In this document: piece by piece, positions 17,830 through 29,006 of the stretch
Layout of the letters: each line of letters starts with the position of its first letter
Numbering within the stretch: the stretch's first letter is position 1
Assembly (NCBI GenBank): GCA_963796955.1
Contig: CAWCNJ010000011.1
Location: 32,001 to 96,000 of the forward strand
From: Endomicrobiales bacterium
Lineage (GTDB): Bacteria > Elusimicrobiota > Endomicrobiia > Endomicrobiales > JALOBY01
Length of the DNA stretch: 64,000 nucleotides
Direction: 5' to 3'
Program-made: the position numbers and the translations under genes
The notes under the pieces: model-generated
What the model was told of the DNA's origin: nothing
The model's input: only the letters and a program-made list of their open reading frames with translations
Database searches by the model: none

Positions 17830-19008
17830 TTATTTGTTCACTGCAGACATATATAGTTTGATTATGAATTCAGCGTTGTATTTCCATAAGTGCCTGGAAA
17901 GAATGGTCGTTCTGGCGTTTGAACCTATCTTTTCGCGCAACGGCAGAGAGTTATAAAAGGATAAAATATGTTGTTTAAGCTGCACGGCATCGCCGGTTTC
18001 AAACAGCAGACCGTTTTCGTTGTTGGTAAGCACTTCAAGGATCGGGCCAAGACGCGGCGCTATAACCGGTTTCCCCATCGCCATGTACTCAAACATGACT
18101 ACCGGTGATCCGAAGGGATTTGAGTGCGGTATTACAGCGATATCTAACGCGGCTATATAGTGCGGTACCTGGGAATGGGGTATTCTGCCGGCGAACAAGA
18201 TCTTGTCATCATATCCTCGCTGGCGAACATTATCTTCCAGCTGCTTTCTATTAAAACCATCGCCAATAAGCACCAGGGTAAGATCAGGGACATCGGCAGC
18301 GATTTCAGCGAAAACATCGATCAGGAAATCCAGTCTGTCCCATTCAGAAAAGGATCCCATAAAACCAAGCGTTGTTTTTCCCTGTAATTTAAGCAGCTCC
18401 CGTACCGTATCACCGCTGAGACCAGGGTCGAATTCCGCTATATTCACCGAGTTGGGCACAACATGTATCTTTGATACCCTGATATCCATGCTTTGCAGGC
18501 GCGTTTTCAGGAATGTGGAAACAGTTATGATAGCATCAGCCCTTTCAAATATATAATGCTCTATCCGTTTTGCCAGCTTCTCAAATATCAGACCTCTATT
18601 GCGCTTTATCCCGCTCACCTCATTAACTTCAAGTATCAGAGGCAACTTATTCTTTTTTGCCGTCATTGCACCGGCCAGGCTGAAAAATGCGAACCGCTCA
18701 TACATGAGATCTATTCTATTTTTTGCAATTACGGCCTTCATTGTCCTGTAGGCTACCAGATTGTACGCCAGTTCCATCAATTCAAAACCAAATTGCGGCA
18801 TACGCTTGCTGAGCCAGCCAAGGACCATCGAAAGAAATGATTTTTTTGCAGCGGTATTTTGAGCGCCTGAGTTGGCGAAGGGATCAACGCCGGGAGGAGA
18901 TACAACTATCACATTGTGTCCCAACGCCCTTAAAGCCTTAACAACTTCACGTATATGAACGCCTTCAACTGTTTTTCCCTGGGTGCGATGATGGTATAAG
19001 ATATTCAT
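17830..19008 (-). CDS. Glycosyltransferase family 4
   Basis: GT-B motifs LEVNE, VVPNSV, GSPVVMFEYMAMGKPVIA. Confidence 0.9.
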   Translation of the reverse strand: MNILYHHRTQGKTVEGVHIREVVKALRALGHNVIVVSPPGVDPFANSGAQNTAAKKSFLSMVLGWLSKRMPQFGFELMELAYNLVAYRTMKAVIAKNRIDLMYERFAFFSLAGAMTAKKNKLPLILEVNEVSGIKRNRGLIFEKLAKRIEHYIFERADAIITVSTFLKTRLQSMDIRVSKIHVVPNSVNIAEFDPGLSGDTVRELLKLQGKTTLGFMGSFSEWDRLDFLIDVFAEIAADVPDLTLVLIGDGFNRKQLEDNVRQRGYDDKILFAGRIPHSQVPHYIAALDIAVIPHSNPFGSPVVMFEYMAMGKPVIAPRLGPILEVLTNNENGLLFETGDAVQLKQHILSFYNSLPLREKIGSNARTTILSRHLWKYNAEFIIKLYMSAVNK

Positions 19009-19011
19009 ACG

Positions 19012-22000
19012 TTAACGGATCACCATGAGCTTTTGTTTAGCGCTTATGCCGGGGCCTTTAATGTAAACAATATAGGTGCCGCTCGCCATATCTTTGGGCA
19101 GCCATTCGAAAATGCCTTCGCTTACCCCTTCCATGGTATCCTCATGGACTTGTTTGCCGCCGATAGTGAAAATACGCATTTCAAAGCGGCCTACTGAGTC
19201 GCCCTTAAAATAGATCTTAGCGACATCCCCTGAATCAGGGTTAACCGTCCCTCTTCCGGCGGCTGAACCGAGTATCTTTATAGAACCGACACCGGTCATA
19301 TCCATAACTGCCGCAGCACGGAAATTTAGTATCGTCCTTTGCTGAGTTATCAATACGGACACCGATCTCTGGGGTGAAAACTCGTACCCGGCTTTCGATA
19401 GTTGAAGAACACACCTTGCGTTCAGGCTTAATCCCGTGAGCTGAAAATTACCATTCGCATCCGTAATCGTGTTTTTTGAAACATCTCCCGATAAAACTAC
19501 CGCTACGCCGGGGACGCCAATTTCTTTTCCATCCAGCACTTGACCGGTGATGGTATATTGCACCGCAGCAGGAGCCGGCAAGGCGCCTGTAAAGTTCCAA
19601 TTTCCAATGATACCGTTCAAAGATGCCGTGCTATAGCTTACGGGCGCGAAGGTGTAACTGCCAAACGTCGCCGGTGTTACCGTATATGGATAATTCACGT
19701 AAAGATTGCTTGTAAATTGGTACGAGCCGTCGGTACCGGTTAACAGACTCACATTATCGGGAGATAGCACAACTGAGACGCCTGATAGTCCGTTAGAAGA
19801 AGCATCCCGCACATAACCACCTATGGCAAGCACTATCGGTGTCGCGTTAAAATCCCACTCCACATCGTTGGTCAGGCTTGTTGTGCTGTATTGGACAGGA
19901 GCGAACCAAAATCCGGTGTCGGCTGGTGCAACGCTAAATGACGCATTTTTCGGCAGGTTTAAAAAACTGTAGTAACCACTGCTATCCGTGCTGACCGAGC
20001 CACCGCTGCCGCCGGTAATATTAACAGTGATATTACTGACTCCTGCAGCGCCGTTCCTGACATAGCCGGTAATATTTCTTGTCTGACGCGTTCCCATAAA
20101 ATTAGGATTAATAAGGTCGCTTGTCAGAGAATTAGTGGATATGGAAACAGGGGCGAACGTATATCCGCTCAGGGTTGGTGTAACAGTGTATGCGCTGTTC
20201 TGCGAAAGACCGCTGAACTGATATGAGCCGCCCGAATCCGTGGTATCCGAGCCCTGGGCGCCGCCGGTAAGTGTCACTAGAACATCAAGTAGTGCAACTG
20301 CGGTTACGCTGTCCCTTGCATAACCGCTGATTGAAGCCGTTGCAATACTTACCGTGCCGGCAAAATTCCAGTTGCTTATGGTGCTTAACAATGCCGGCGA
20401 AGTACTTAGTTTTACCGGCGAGAACGCAAAACCCGCGCTGGAAGGCGTCACCGTGTAATTAGCCGTTGAAGAAAGAGCGTTAAAGCTGTAATTGCCGCTG
20501 CCGTCAGTTACGGTACTTTTAGATGCTCCGCCGGCAAGCGTCATTTTTACACCGGGAAATGGGCTGGCGTCAGAAGCATGCGTAACAGCGCCGCTAATGG
20601 CCGCCGTAAGTACTGTGCCGGTGAAATTCCAATTTGAAAGAGCGCCCAGGAACGTTGCCGTGCTGAAACTGACCGGACTGAAAGAGTAACCGGGCATTTG
20701 TACGGTTACAGTATAATTGCTCCCTTCCGGCAAATTGCTGAACGAATATGAACCGCCGTTAGAAGTAGTCGATCGCGACGCACCGCCTGAAAGCTGTACT
20801 GTTGCGCCGTTAAGCTGTGCGCCGCCTCCCGTTTTTACCGTACCGCTTATATTTGCCGTCTTTACGGTACCTGCAAAATTTTGACCTGTCCAGTTTCCCG
20901 TTAAAGAAGCAGTGGTAACAGAAACCGGCGCGAACGTATAGCCCGCGCTTGAGGGTGTGACAGTATACGCAAGGGATTTCGCAAGGCTGGTAAATTGATA
21001 ATTTCCTGAAGCATCGCTGATAGTAACAGCAGAAGCGCCTCCGGTAAGCTTCACGGACACTCCGCCAAGGGCCGAACCGCCGGAGGCTACCGAGCCGCTG
21101 ATAGAATAGGTTGAATTTGCCGTTACTGTTACCGATACAATGGCTGAACCTGAGTCCCCATTGCTGTCAGTTGCGAGCAGAGTAGCCGTATAGCTTCCAG
21201 CCGAACTGTACACATGCGAGGGGCTCTGGCTCGCACTTGTTCCACCATCCCCAAAAGTCCAGGAATAGCCGGTTATAGTCCCGTTCGTCGTAGCAGCGCT
21301 CCCAGTAAAGTTTACGCTCAGAGGCGCATTTCCGTTCGTAGGCGTGCCGTTTGCTGAAGCAGTAACAACTGAGACAGGATTATAAACACTGGAAGGTATC
21401 TGGTTGCCAAGGTACTCCCAGATATATTTTGTTAAGGTTTGTGCAGAGCCGTCAATTGAAGTTCCCGAGCAAAAACCTCTTGCACCGTTAATTGCCGGTT
21501 TACCCCAGTTCTGATATGAGTATGCGCTCATATATGACTGAATAATATTCTCATATGGAAACGGCCACAAAGGATTGCTCGAAACAGTATTCCAGCCAGG
21601 ATCCCCAAATAGAGAACCATCGATACCCACTTTATACAATATGTTTGGACCGATGTCTCCAGTATTATCTCCTTTGCCAGATAAATTAGACGCTAACTCT
21701 TCCCTCGGTATATATTTAATTCCACCTGTACTGTTAGACGGGCTATATATCGGGTTGAATGCATTCCCGTTGACGCTTACATAATCATTAGAACCAGCAG
21801 AAAATTGATTATATGTTGTTCCAAAAATATTATAAAGAACGTTATAATCAGATTGAACATTCCTGAAACCATTAGCACAGTTTTCGACAACACAATTTGA
21901 CGCAAATGTTATCTTATAACCCCAGTTAGCGCCTTTTGAGCAATCTATTGCATAACCACTGCTGCAATTCTTAAACAAACAATTCCTCATTATAATTGTT

Positions 22001-23064
22001 TGTAAATATGTAGGGGTACCACCGGTATACCCCTGATTATCAAAACCACCTGCTGTTCCAATTGATGCGCAGTCAATTAATGAATTGTTATAAGTCCCAC
22101 CATCCTCATGGGCATCCATTTGGGTTCCCTGCATACCCACATTGAAAGCCGGCATATTAACTTCAATACAGCCTCTATACGTTGACGTTGAACAACTATA
22201 ACTATCAGAAGTGTTAGATCCGAACCACCATCCATATCCTGTTCCTAAAGTTGATGGTGATCCATTAAATATATATTGCGTCTGATCTCCATCAACCGCA
22301 ATACAATTTTGATATTCACTATAATTTGTGCCATATAATCTAAAGGGGCTAGTTAACTGACTACCGGTATTTGATATGGATCTATCGGGTCTGCACACCA
22401 ACCTTCGACCAATGCAATAATCCGAATCCAAGAATAAAAAGAAGTAATTTGCACTTCCACAAGCGAAACAATCCTGTAACAACACATAGGACATTCCCGT
22501 TATACAAAATGCATATGAACGTCCAACATTCATATCTGCTGGTAAAAAGTTAGCCGAATCTATTGAGCCACACCTTGTAACTTTAACATGGCCGTATTCC
22601 ATAGGTGTTGGTCTCCATCCCTGAAACCCTATTCCCATGCAGGAACCACAAGCATTTACTACCGCATCCGGAGAAGAATGTTCAACCACAAAGCCATCAA
22701 TAGCCAGATAATTTGAGTTGTGAAAATCCATCGGATCATACATGTATTGCCCATCAATAACTACCATAAATGGATTAGATGACTTGATAGTTGTATAGTT
22801 GCCACCAGTACCGTTCGGAGGGCAGTTTCCATTATGATAGCTGATCATATTGTTTACCCCGGTATAAGTACCATCAGCTACTATCAGCGTATCATTCGGC
22901 GAAAGTTTCTTACATGATAACCCTATTGAACGCCATGGGGTCCCTAAACTCCCGCTTCCAGAATCTGAACCGGTCGGTGAAACATAATAGGTAGATGAAA
23001 ACCCAATTCCTATATTTAAAACGATTATAAGAAAAGAACTGGAAAAAAGCTTTGATAACCTCAT
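19012..23064 (-). CDS. Large secreted protein: beta-helix-like N-terminal domain, PKD domain, seven carboxypeptidase-regulatory/CnaB-like repeats, T9SS-like C-terminal domain
   Basis: Signal peptide; YYVSPTGSD..GS...PW..I and L.V.DGTY (beta-helix protein start); WTFGDG...PSHVY..AGSYT (PKD); seven (I)SG.V...GV.V.L.G...TD.SG.Y.F..L....YTVTP repeats; CTD ending SGTYIVYIKGPGISAKQKLMVIR. Confidence 0.8.
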   Translation of the reverse strand: MRLSKLFSSSFLIIVLNIGIGFSSTYYVSPTGSDSGSGSLGTPWRSIGLSCKKLSPNDTLIVADGTYTGVNNMISYHNGNCPPNGTGGNYTTIKSSNPFMVVIDGQYMYDPMDFHNSNYLAIDGFVVEHSSPDAVVNACGSCMGIGFQGWRPTPMEYGHVKVTRCGSIDSANFLPADMNVGRSYAFCITGMSYVLLQDCFACGSANYFFLFLDSDYCIGRRLVCRPDRSISNTGSQLTSPFRLYGTNYSEYQNCIAVDGDQTQYIFNGSPSTLGTGYGWWFGSNTSDSYSCSTSTYRGCIEVNMPAFNVGMQGTQMDAHEDGGTYNNSLIDCASIGTAGGFDNQGYTGGTPTYLQTIIMRNCLFKNCSSGYAIDCSKGANWGYKITFASNCVVENCANGFRNVQSDYNVLYNIFGTTYNQFSAGSNDYVSVNGNAFNPIYSPSNSTGGIKYIPREELASNLSGKGDNTGDIGPNILYKVGIDGSLFGDPGWNTVSSNPLWPFPYENIIQSYMSAYSYQNWGKPAINGARGFCSGTSIDGSAQTLTKYIWEYLGNQIPSSVYNPVSVVTASANGTPTNGNAPLSVNFTGSAATTNGTITGYSWTFGDGGTSASQSPSHVYSSAGSYTATLLATDSNGDSGSAIVSVTVTANSTYSISGSVASGGSALGGVSVKLTGGASAVTISDASGNYQFTSLAKSLAYTVTPSSAGYTFAPVSVTTASLTGNWTGQNFAGTVKTANISGTVKTGGGAQLNGATVQLSGGASRSTTSNGGSYSFSNLPEGSNYTVTVQMPGYSFSPVSFSTATFLGALSNWNFTGTVLTAAISGAVTHASDASPFPGVKMTLAGGASKSTVTDGSGNYSFNALSSTANYTVTPSSAGFAFSPVKLSTSPALLSTISNWNFAGTVSIATASISGYARDSVTAVALLDVLVTLTGGAQGSDTTDSGGSYQFSGLSQNSAYTVTPTLSGYTFAPVSISTNSLTSDLINPNFMGTRQTRNITGYVRNGAAGVSNITVNITGGSGGSVSTDSSGYYSFLNLPKNASFSVAPADTGFWFAPVQYSTTSLTNDVEWDFNATPIVLAIGGYVRDASSNGLSGVSVVLSPDNVSLLTGTDGSYQFTSNLYVNYPYTVTPATFGSYTFAPVSYSTASLNGIIGNWNFTGALPAPAAVQYTITGQVLDGKEIGVPGVAVVLSGDVSKNTITDANGNFQLTGLSLNARCVLQLSKAGYEFSPQRSVSVLITQQRTILNFRAAAVMDMTGVGSIKILGSAAGRGTVNPDSGDVAKIYFKGDSVGRFEMRIFTIGGKQVHEDTMEGVSEGIFEWLPKDMASGTYIVYIKGPGISAKQKLMVIR
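19320..21110 (-). repeat. Seven degenerate ~85-aa tandem protein repeats (stalk)
   Basis: Repeat starts YSISGSV, ANISGTV, AAISGAV, ASISGYA, RNITGYV, LAIGGYV, YTITGQV; boundaries approximate. Confidence 0.75.
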
Positions 23065-24086
23065 TTCTGCCCTCTGACAAAGCGATGTTTTTTAATAAAA
23101 CTAAGAACGTTTTTTGATGAATGTTTTGTAAAATTGTTATACATAAAATAATCGAATGAAAGGTTATTAAACAAAGGCATCCTATTATACAGCAATTTCA
23201 ACAAGTACATAGGCGGGGCATCAACAAGTAGTACTGGATTTTTTTGCATCAGCCACAACACTTCGGAAAAACCTGATGGCATCATTATTAGGAGATCGCA
23301 CTTTGACATGATTTCTGCTTCAGCGGCAAAACCTAAACCTTTCAGATATGTACATTTATCATTGGGTATGTCTAACCTAGCCTCAGTATATTTGTCACGG
23401 TAACTTCCTGCTTCGAAACCATTTTTTTCAAGTGTTTTGAGCGTATCCCCATCATGCCGTTCTCGATTCATGCCGGCAATTATTATGTGGGCATTATACT
23501 CTTGGATCAGCCTATTAAATAAATCACTTTTGCTTTTTAAGATCGCTTGTGCTGAACTCTGGAAATATGGCCTAATGGCATCCTGGCTACTATTTCTGTA
23601 CCTCCAGAGGTATCCTATGGTTATATTCTTTTTAAACAAATCGTCACTGATATTATTAAGCATCATACACTCTGGGTAAAACTCTTTACCAAGGTCACTG
23701 AGCTCTAAAGCATAATTTTTCTCTCTAAAATCGTATTCCCTAATGGACTGCCATGGCTTAATATTGGTCTTAAAATTGAACTTTATCTTAATACTTTCTG
23801 GAAAATCGTGTATAAACCTGAGCTCATTATCTTTAATTTGAAACTGGAAAAATTCATCCACGCTTCTTGAAAGTATTTCATCGATTCCACAAACTTCATC
23901 AAGCATATTTAGATTATAGTGACTCATTATCAGCTTCTGCCGGTTATCTTTAAAGAATCCAATCCACTTTGTATCACCTCGCGTATTTCTTATCTGTTTT
24001 ATTGCAGACAACTGTTCATAACAGTCCCCAAGAGCCCCATGTAATATTGTACCTATCGTTCTAGTCATGTGTAGTTTCTCCTTCAA
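23061..24086 (-). CDS. Hypothetical protein, possibly GT-B (GT9-like) glycosyltransferase
   Basis: N-terminal HGALGD and C-terminal IMSKCDLLI..PSG resemble GT9 motifs; EPS context. Confidence 0.5.
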   Translation of the reverse strand: MKEKLHMTRTIGTILHGALGDCYEQLSAIKQIRNTRGDTKWIGFFKDNRQKLIMSHYNLNMLDEVCGIDEILSRSVDEFFQFQIKDNELRFIHDFPESIKIKFNFKTNIKPWQSIREYDFREKNYALELSDLGKEFYPECMMLNNISDDLFKKNITIGYLWRYRNSSQDAIRPYFQSSAQAILKSKSDLFNRLIQEYNAHIIIAGMNRERHDGDTLKTLEKNGFEAGSYRDKYTEARLDIPNDKCTYLKGLGFAAEAEIMSKCDLLIMMPSGFSEVLWLMQKNPVLLVDAPPMYLLKLLYNRMPLFNNLSFDYFMYNNFTKHSSKNVLSFIKKHRFVRGQK

Positions 24087-24094
24087 TATTACAA

Positions 24095-24727
24095 TTAGCC
24101 GTCTAATCCTGTGAACATTAGCCCTTTATCTCTCAAAGTGTCTATGATTACACCTAGCGCATCAACTACGTATTGATTATCATCATGAAACAGTATAATA
24201 TCGCCTGGATTTACATTATCAATGACTCTATTTATTATATTTTGCGAACCAGTTTTCTCAAAATCTCCGCTTGAAAGGGTCCACAGAACTGTACAAATGC
24301 CATTCATCACACAAATTGCAAATTCAAGAAATGATATTTGGCCATAAACAGGCCTGTAAATATCTGTCTTTATATTAAATTTCTTAAATATTTGCATTGA
24401 ACGATACACTTCATTCATTTGTTCCCGATTGCTATATGTATTCTTCCTATTATGCGAATATGAATGCATTCCCACTGAATGCCCTTCATCGATTATTTGT
24501 TTTACAAGCCCTGGATTCGCTTCCATAGTTTGCCCGATCAAAAAAAATACAGCCTTTGCATTTTTTCTTCTCAAAACATCTAGTATGGGCAAAGTAAATA
24601 CAGGGTCTGGCCCATCATCAAATGTTAAAACCACTGCGTTATTTTTGCGTTTTACTGAAAAAAGGATAATGCTTCTTGTAAGAACCGCTTGCAGGACGTT
24701 TTTAATCAATCTTTTCATCTTACTCAT
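24095..24727 (-). CDS. Polysaccharide deacetylase (CE4/NodB)
   Basis: LTFDDGP, GMHSYSH, YRPVYG, IILFHD; start set at ATG 24727 (ATGA overlap with upstream GT). Confidence 0.9.
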   Translation of the reverse strand: MSKMKRLIKNVLQAVLTRSIILFSVKRKNNAVVLTFDDGPDPVFTLPILDVLRRKNAKAVFFLIGQTMEANPGLVKQIIDEGHSVGMHSYSHNRKNTYSNREQMNEVYRSMQIFKKFNIKTDIYRPVYGQISFLEFAICVMNGICTVLWTLSSGDFEKTGSQNIINRVIDNVNPGDIILFHDDNQYVVDALGVIIDTLRDKGLMFTGLDG

Positions 24728-25875
24728 AGCACAGTTCGGTTTGTATATTGTGATAATATTCCATAAAGTCGATCCGCATTTTCTTTCCAAGACAGTATCT
24801 CAGGCAGAATCGAAATTTCATTACTGTTCCACTTTTTGCTAATACAATATCGCAATCCATTTGACAATGCCTCGATGTCACCAGGCATTACTAAAAGACC
24901 TGAATTTTCACTTTTTAAAAGCTCAGGGATACCTCCTACTTTCGTCGCTAATACTGGTATACCGCATGAAAGAGCCTCGATCACAACATTCGGGCACCCT
25001 TCAAACAAGCTCGGAAGACAAAAAAGATCTGAAGCATTCATCCAGTCTGATATTTGATCTTGTTTGATCCTACCTTTAAAAAATACTTTATCATTAACTG
25101 CTAATTGATCGGTTAACTCTTCCAATTCCTGCCTCAACTCACCATCGCCTATCAAATACAATTGAAGATCTTCTTGTGCTCCGACCACTTCTTTGAATGC
25201 CTTAATTAGAAATGGAAGGCCTTTTGAGTAAGTGAGATTTCCTACAAACAATAGTATTTTACCCGTACCCAAACCCAATTTGTTACGGCATCCATTTTTA
25301 TCCTTAACTCTAAAAACAGTTTTATCAACTCCATTCAACAAAACAGTGACATTACTCTCAGAAACTCCGCATTCAACCATTCTATGCTTCAGTGCCGCGC
25401 TTACCGAAATCACATGATCCGCTTTAGAGAGGCAAAAAAAGATAAGTTTTCTACGTAGCAACCTTTTAGCGTACACATTAATGTCAGATCCTAACGCGCC
25501 AATTACTATAGGTTTCTTTAAGAATCTAGCTATCAGCCAGCTACCAAAACCATCTGGGTAAACCCATGGTGCATATATAATGTCAAATTCAAAGTCCTTA
25601 TATATTTTTGCAACAAACATCACAAGTGATAAGAAAAAGAAAAACCCATATAATGATCTACCGATCTTAGGGAACATAAAATATCTCGGGTGATACACCT
25701 CTATGCCATCGATTAGTTCTTTTCTAGGCAAGCCTTTCAGCCTGTACCAAGGCAGGGGCGAAATAACTCTTACATCGCTAATCCTTGATAGTTCGAAACA
25801 CTGGTTCCTATTGTATACACCCCTTGTAGGCTCTAGGGAGTTCGGATAAAGGTTAGTAATAACAAGTATTCTCAT
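24724..25875 (-). CDS. Glycosyltransferase family 4 (TuaC-like)
   Basis: ITNLYP, YPDG, GSDIN, LPSLFEGCPNVVIEALSCG. Confidence 0.9.
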   Translation of the reverse strand: MRILVITNLYPNSLEPTRGVYNRNQCFELSRISDVRVISPLPWYRLKGLPRKELIDGIEVYHPRYFMFPKIGRSLYGFFFFLSLVMFVAKIYKDFEFDIIYAPWVYPDGFGSWLIARFLKKPIVIGALGSDINVYAKRLLRRKLIFFCLSKADHVISVSAALKHRMVECGVSESNVTVLLNGVDKTVFRVKDKNGCRNKLGLGTGKILLFVGNLTYSKGLPFLIKAFKEVVGAQEDLQLYLIGDGELRQELEELTDQLAVNDKVFFKGRIKQDQISDWMNASDLFCLPSLFEGCPNVVIEALSCGIPVLATKVGGIPELLKSENSGLLVMPGDIEALSNGLRYCISKKWNSNEISILPEILSWKENADRLYGILSQYTNRTVL

Positions 25876-26441
25876 AACTTAATGAAGTCAGCACTCCCCT
25901 GGTAATTTATAACTTTAGCAGGTATTCCGGCTACGACTGCGTTATCTGGGACATCCTTAGTAACTACTGAATTCGCCCCTATTGCTACATTATTTCCAAT
26001 TGTAATTTTGCCAATTACTACAGCCGAAACTCCAATGAAAACGTTATTTCCTATAACTGGGCAGCCTTTTCTTTCTCCTCTTCCACCCTGTCCTATTATC
26101 ACCCCAACACTAACATTACAATTAGAGCCTATTACGGTTTTGCCATTTATTACCAGCATGCCTGCATGTCCGATATAAAAACCTTCACCGATAGAAACTT
26201 CAAATGGTATGTAAATACCGGTAATCAATGAAAAAATCAAATGTGTTAATCTTGTTATTAATTTAAGCATTTGCGCAAGCACTGGCACTTTAAAATTATT
26301 TCTAATCCATTTACCAAATCTGTAACTCATTACAATCCACAATGAGGGGTTGAAAATAACCAAGTCACAAAGCCCGCTTATACCAGTTGCTTGCTCTATG
26401 AGCATATATCTTTTTATGTCCTGTTTTACATATTTAAACAT
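25872..26441 (-). CDS. Serine O-acetyltransferase-like (CysE/WcaB-type) hexapeptide acetyltransferase
   Basis: IGEGFYIGH, PVIGNNVFIG, GANSVVTKDVP...VAGIPAK. Confidence 0.85.
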   Translation of the reverse strand: MFKYVKQDIKRYMLIEQATGISGLCDLVIFNPSLWIVMSYRFGKWIRNNFKVPVLAQMLKLITRLTHLIFSLITGIYIPFEVSIGEGFYIGHAGMLVINGKTVIGSNCNVSVGVIIGQGGRGERKGCPVIGNNVFIGVSAVVIGKITIGNNVAIGANSVVTKDVPDNAVVAGIPAKVINYQGSADFIKL

Positions 26442-27561
26442 GTTTTGATTTTCCCTTATATATATTACTTATCATGTTCTCATAATTTTTAACCATTATA
26501 TCCAAGCTCCGGTGCTGTAAAACATAGAGTCTTCCGTTTTCACCTAACATTTTAGCTTTATCCTTGTTGCTGAGCAATTCGTTAATTTTTTCAGCGAATG
26601 TCTCAGGATCTCCGGCCTTGGCAAAGATCCCATTTACATTTTCTGTAACTAGCTCTGTATTACCCTCAATTCTTGAAACTACTACAGGCTTAGCAGTTGA
26701 CATAGCTTCTAATATTGTGTTAGAAATTCCTTCCAATGTAGAGGGAAGTGCAAAAACATCAATAGCGTTTATCACTCTATCAACATCCACCCTTGGTCCC
26801 GCGAAGATGGCTATATCTTCCAAGTGAAGCCTGAGCACTAAATCCTTTAAGTTTTGCTCTTCTGGCCCAGAACCAACAATCAGCAACTTAATATTTTTTA
26901 TTCTGTTCTTTAATATCCCTACAGCTTTTACTAATGTTGCTACATCTTTAGACAGTGTCAAACGACACAGACATCCTATCACTTGCCCGTTAACAGGAAA
27001 CCCAAACTCTTTTCGTATATCTGCTCTTGAAACCAAATCTGGTTTGAATTTAACTGTGTCGACACCATTTAAAATAGGCTGAATTTTTTTTGGATCTACG
27101 CCAAGTCTTTTAACCAATTCTGTTTTTAAATCACTTGAGACTGGCACTGTCAAATCAATCATTTTGTACAACGTTCTCTGAGCCAACGTCCTTTTTTTTG
27201 TTTCTGTATAAATAACACCATGTTCTCCATTGATTATAACGGGCACTCCAGCAAGTTTACCACCGATAGTCCCTGAGAACAAACCACAAGCCCATCCATG
27301 AGTATAGACAACATCTATTTTGTTGTCCCTACATAACCTAGCAATCTTGAATGAAGTAGACAGGTTAAACCCAGGTTTTTCATTTATATTTATTACCTTT
27401 ACATTGTCCTTGATTCTTGAACGAAATGGTCCATCACCCCTTAAGCAGCAAATATAAAAATCAAATGATTCAGGGTTCATATTATTAACAAGATTAACAA
27501 CCCCATTTTCTAGGCCGCCAATACCCATTGTCTGCAACACCTGCATTACACGTATCTTCAT
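26434..27561 (-). CDS. Glycosyltransferase family 4
   Basis: GGLENGVVNLVN, GEHG, NGVD, LPSTLEGISNTILEAMS; start set at ATG 27561. Confidence 0.9.
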   Translation of the reverse strand: MKIRVMQVLQTMGIGGLENGVVNLVNNMNPESFDFYICCLRGDGPFRSRIKDNVKVININEKPGFNLSTSFKIARLCRDNKIDVVYTHGWACGLFSGTIGGKLAGVPVIINGEHGVIYTETKKRTLAQRTLYKMIDLTVPVSSDLKTELVKRLGVDPKKIQPILNGVDTVKFKPDLVSRADIRKEFGFPVNGQVIGCLCRLTLSKDVATLVKAVGILKNRIKNIKLLIVGSGPEEQNLKDLVLRLHLEDIAIFAGPRVDVDRVINAIDVFALPSTLEGISNTILEAMSTAKPVVVSRIEGNTELVTENVNGIFAKAGDPETFAEKINELLSNKDKAKMLGENGRLYVLQHRSLDIMVKNYENMISNIYKGKSKHV

Positions 27562-29006
27562 ACTCGATTCTCCGTATTTCTTTTCGATACCATTGACCAC
27601 AATTTTAATATCTCTTGATTTGACACAAGTCCTAGCATATAAACCATTACAGCATATACTATTACACCTGTTAGTATAGGAATAACTAAAAATTTACTTT
27701 TCGTGAAATACACAGCCATTGCCATCGTAACATTTGCGGCAACACATTTGAAAACACCAATTTTTATAGAAGATGTTATGTTAAGCTTTTTCTTTAAATG
27801 GTGTGAAAGTAATACGTATGTTAAAAAGCCTGAGATTACATAAGCGACTGCAATCCCTACTTCTTTAAAATGCGAGATCAACAACACACCTACTAGTATG
27901 TATGAAGCAATCGAAATGTATGTCACAATTGCCGACTTCTTTTCTTCATGGATTGCAGAAAGAGCAGAGGAAAGCAACATATTAAGGAACATAAAAAAAA
28001 GCCACCAAATCAAAATCTGCAATACATGCACAGATGCCAAGTACATTTGCCCGAATATCAACAAAATTATTGGTTTTGCTAGTAATGTTGTACCAATACA
28101 AATTGGCAACGCTAATAAAAACAAATATGTATAAAAGTTTTTATAAAGAATAACAGCATCATCCCGTGATTGTTGAAATGCCACAGCCATTGCAGGAAAT
28201 ATCGCAGTAGTAATTCCATCAGGAATTACAACAAGTTTTTCGACTAATGTATTGGCAGCTCCAAAAATACCTGCAGATTTATCGCCAGCCATTGCAGATA
28301 TCATCACAATACCAATCTTTGCGCCAATCATTGAAACAATGGATGGTACTACAAAATGTTTACCTTTGCGTAAATAACTTTTCCACAAATCTTTATCTTG
28401 AAGAAGCTTCAATTTTCCGAATTCTTTTTTATAATAGAACATTATCATCAGCAACCATACCAATTGACCAAAGCATGATACCAAAACAAGCATCCTTAAC
28501 CCATAACCATAGAACAAAACTACCACCGACAGCACAGTGATCATTATTCCTGAAATAAATTGAGCCATTGCAACGTAATGCATTTTTTCAAAACCCTGAA
28601 GTGCGCTGGTCAAAGTTGATGTCATTCCAGACAAGAATAGTGTAGTCCCAACAATGTAAACAATTATTTTTGTACTAGGTGAATAATGAAGTAAGTTGAT
28701 TACAATGATCAATGTGATAAAAGCTACGGAAGCAAGCAATATCTTTAAGGTGAATATTTTTCCTACAATATTAACAACGTCAGACTTGTTCTGAGCGATA
28801 GCTCTTGTCATTACTGAACCCAACCCCATGTTTACCATCGGAACAAACATTGCAGTAAATGAAAACACAAACATGAATATCCCATAATTGTTCTGTCCAA
28901 GTTTTCTGGCTATATATCCAATTACAGTAATTGAAATAACATTCAAAAGGAGTTGTTGCGAAATAAGCCATATCGAGTTTGAAATAACCTTTTTAGTACT
29001 ACTCAT
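27558..29006 (-). CDS. wzx: Wzx polysaccharide flippase
   Basis: Polytopic ~480 aa, IARKLG...YG.F, G..SAGIF.AA MATE/PST-type pattern. Confidence 0.85.
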   Translation of the reverse strand: MSSTKKVISNSIWLISQQLLLNVISITVIGYIARKLGQNNYGIFMFVFSFTAMFVPMVNMGLGSVMTRAIAQNKSDVVNIVGKIFTLKILLASVAFITLIIVINLLHYSPSTKIIVYIVGTTLFLSGMTSTLTSALQGFEKMHYVAMAQFISGIMITVLSVVVLFYGYGLRMLVLVSCFGQLVWLLMIMFYYKKEFGKLKLLQDKDLWKSYLRKGKHFVVPSIVSMIGAKIGIVMISAMAGDKSAGIFGAANTLVEKLVVIPDGITTAIFPAMAVAFQQSRDDAVILYKNFYTYLFLLALPICIGTTLLAKPIILLIFGQMYLASVHVLQILIWWLFFMFLNMLLSSALSAIHEEKKSAIVTYISIASYILVGVLLISHFKEVGIAVAYVISGFLTYVLLSHHLKKKLNITSSIKIGVFKCVAANVTMAMAVYFTKSKFLVIPILTGVIVYAVMVYMLGLVSNQEILKLWSMVSKRNTENRV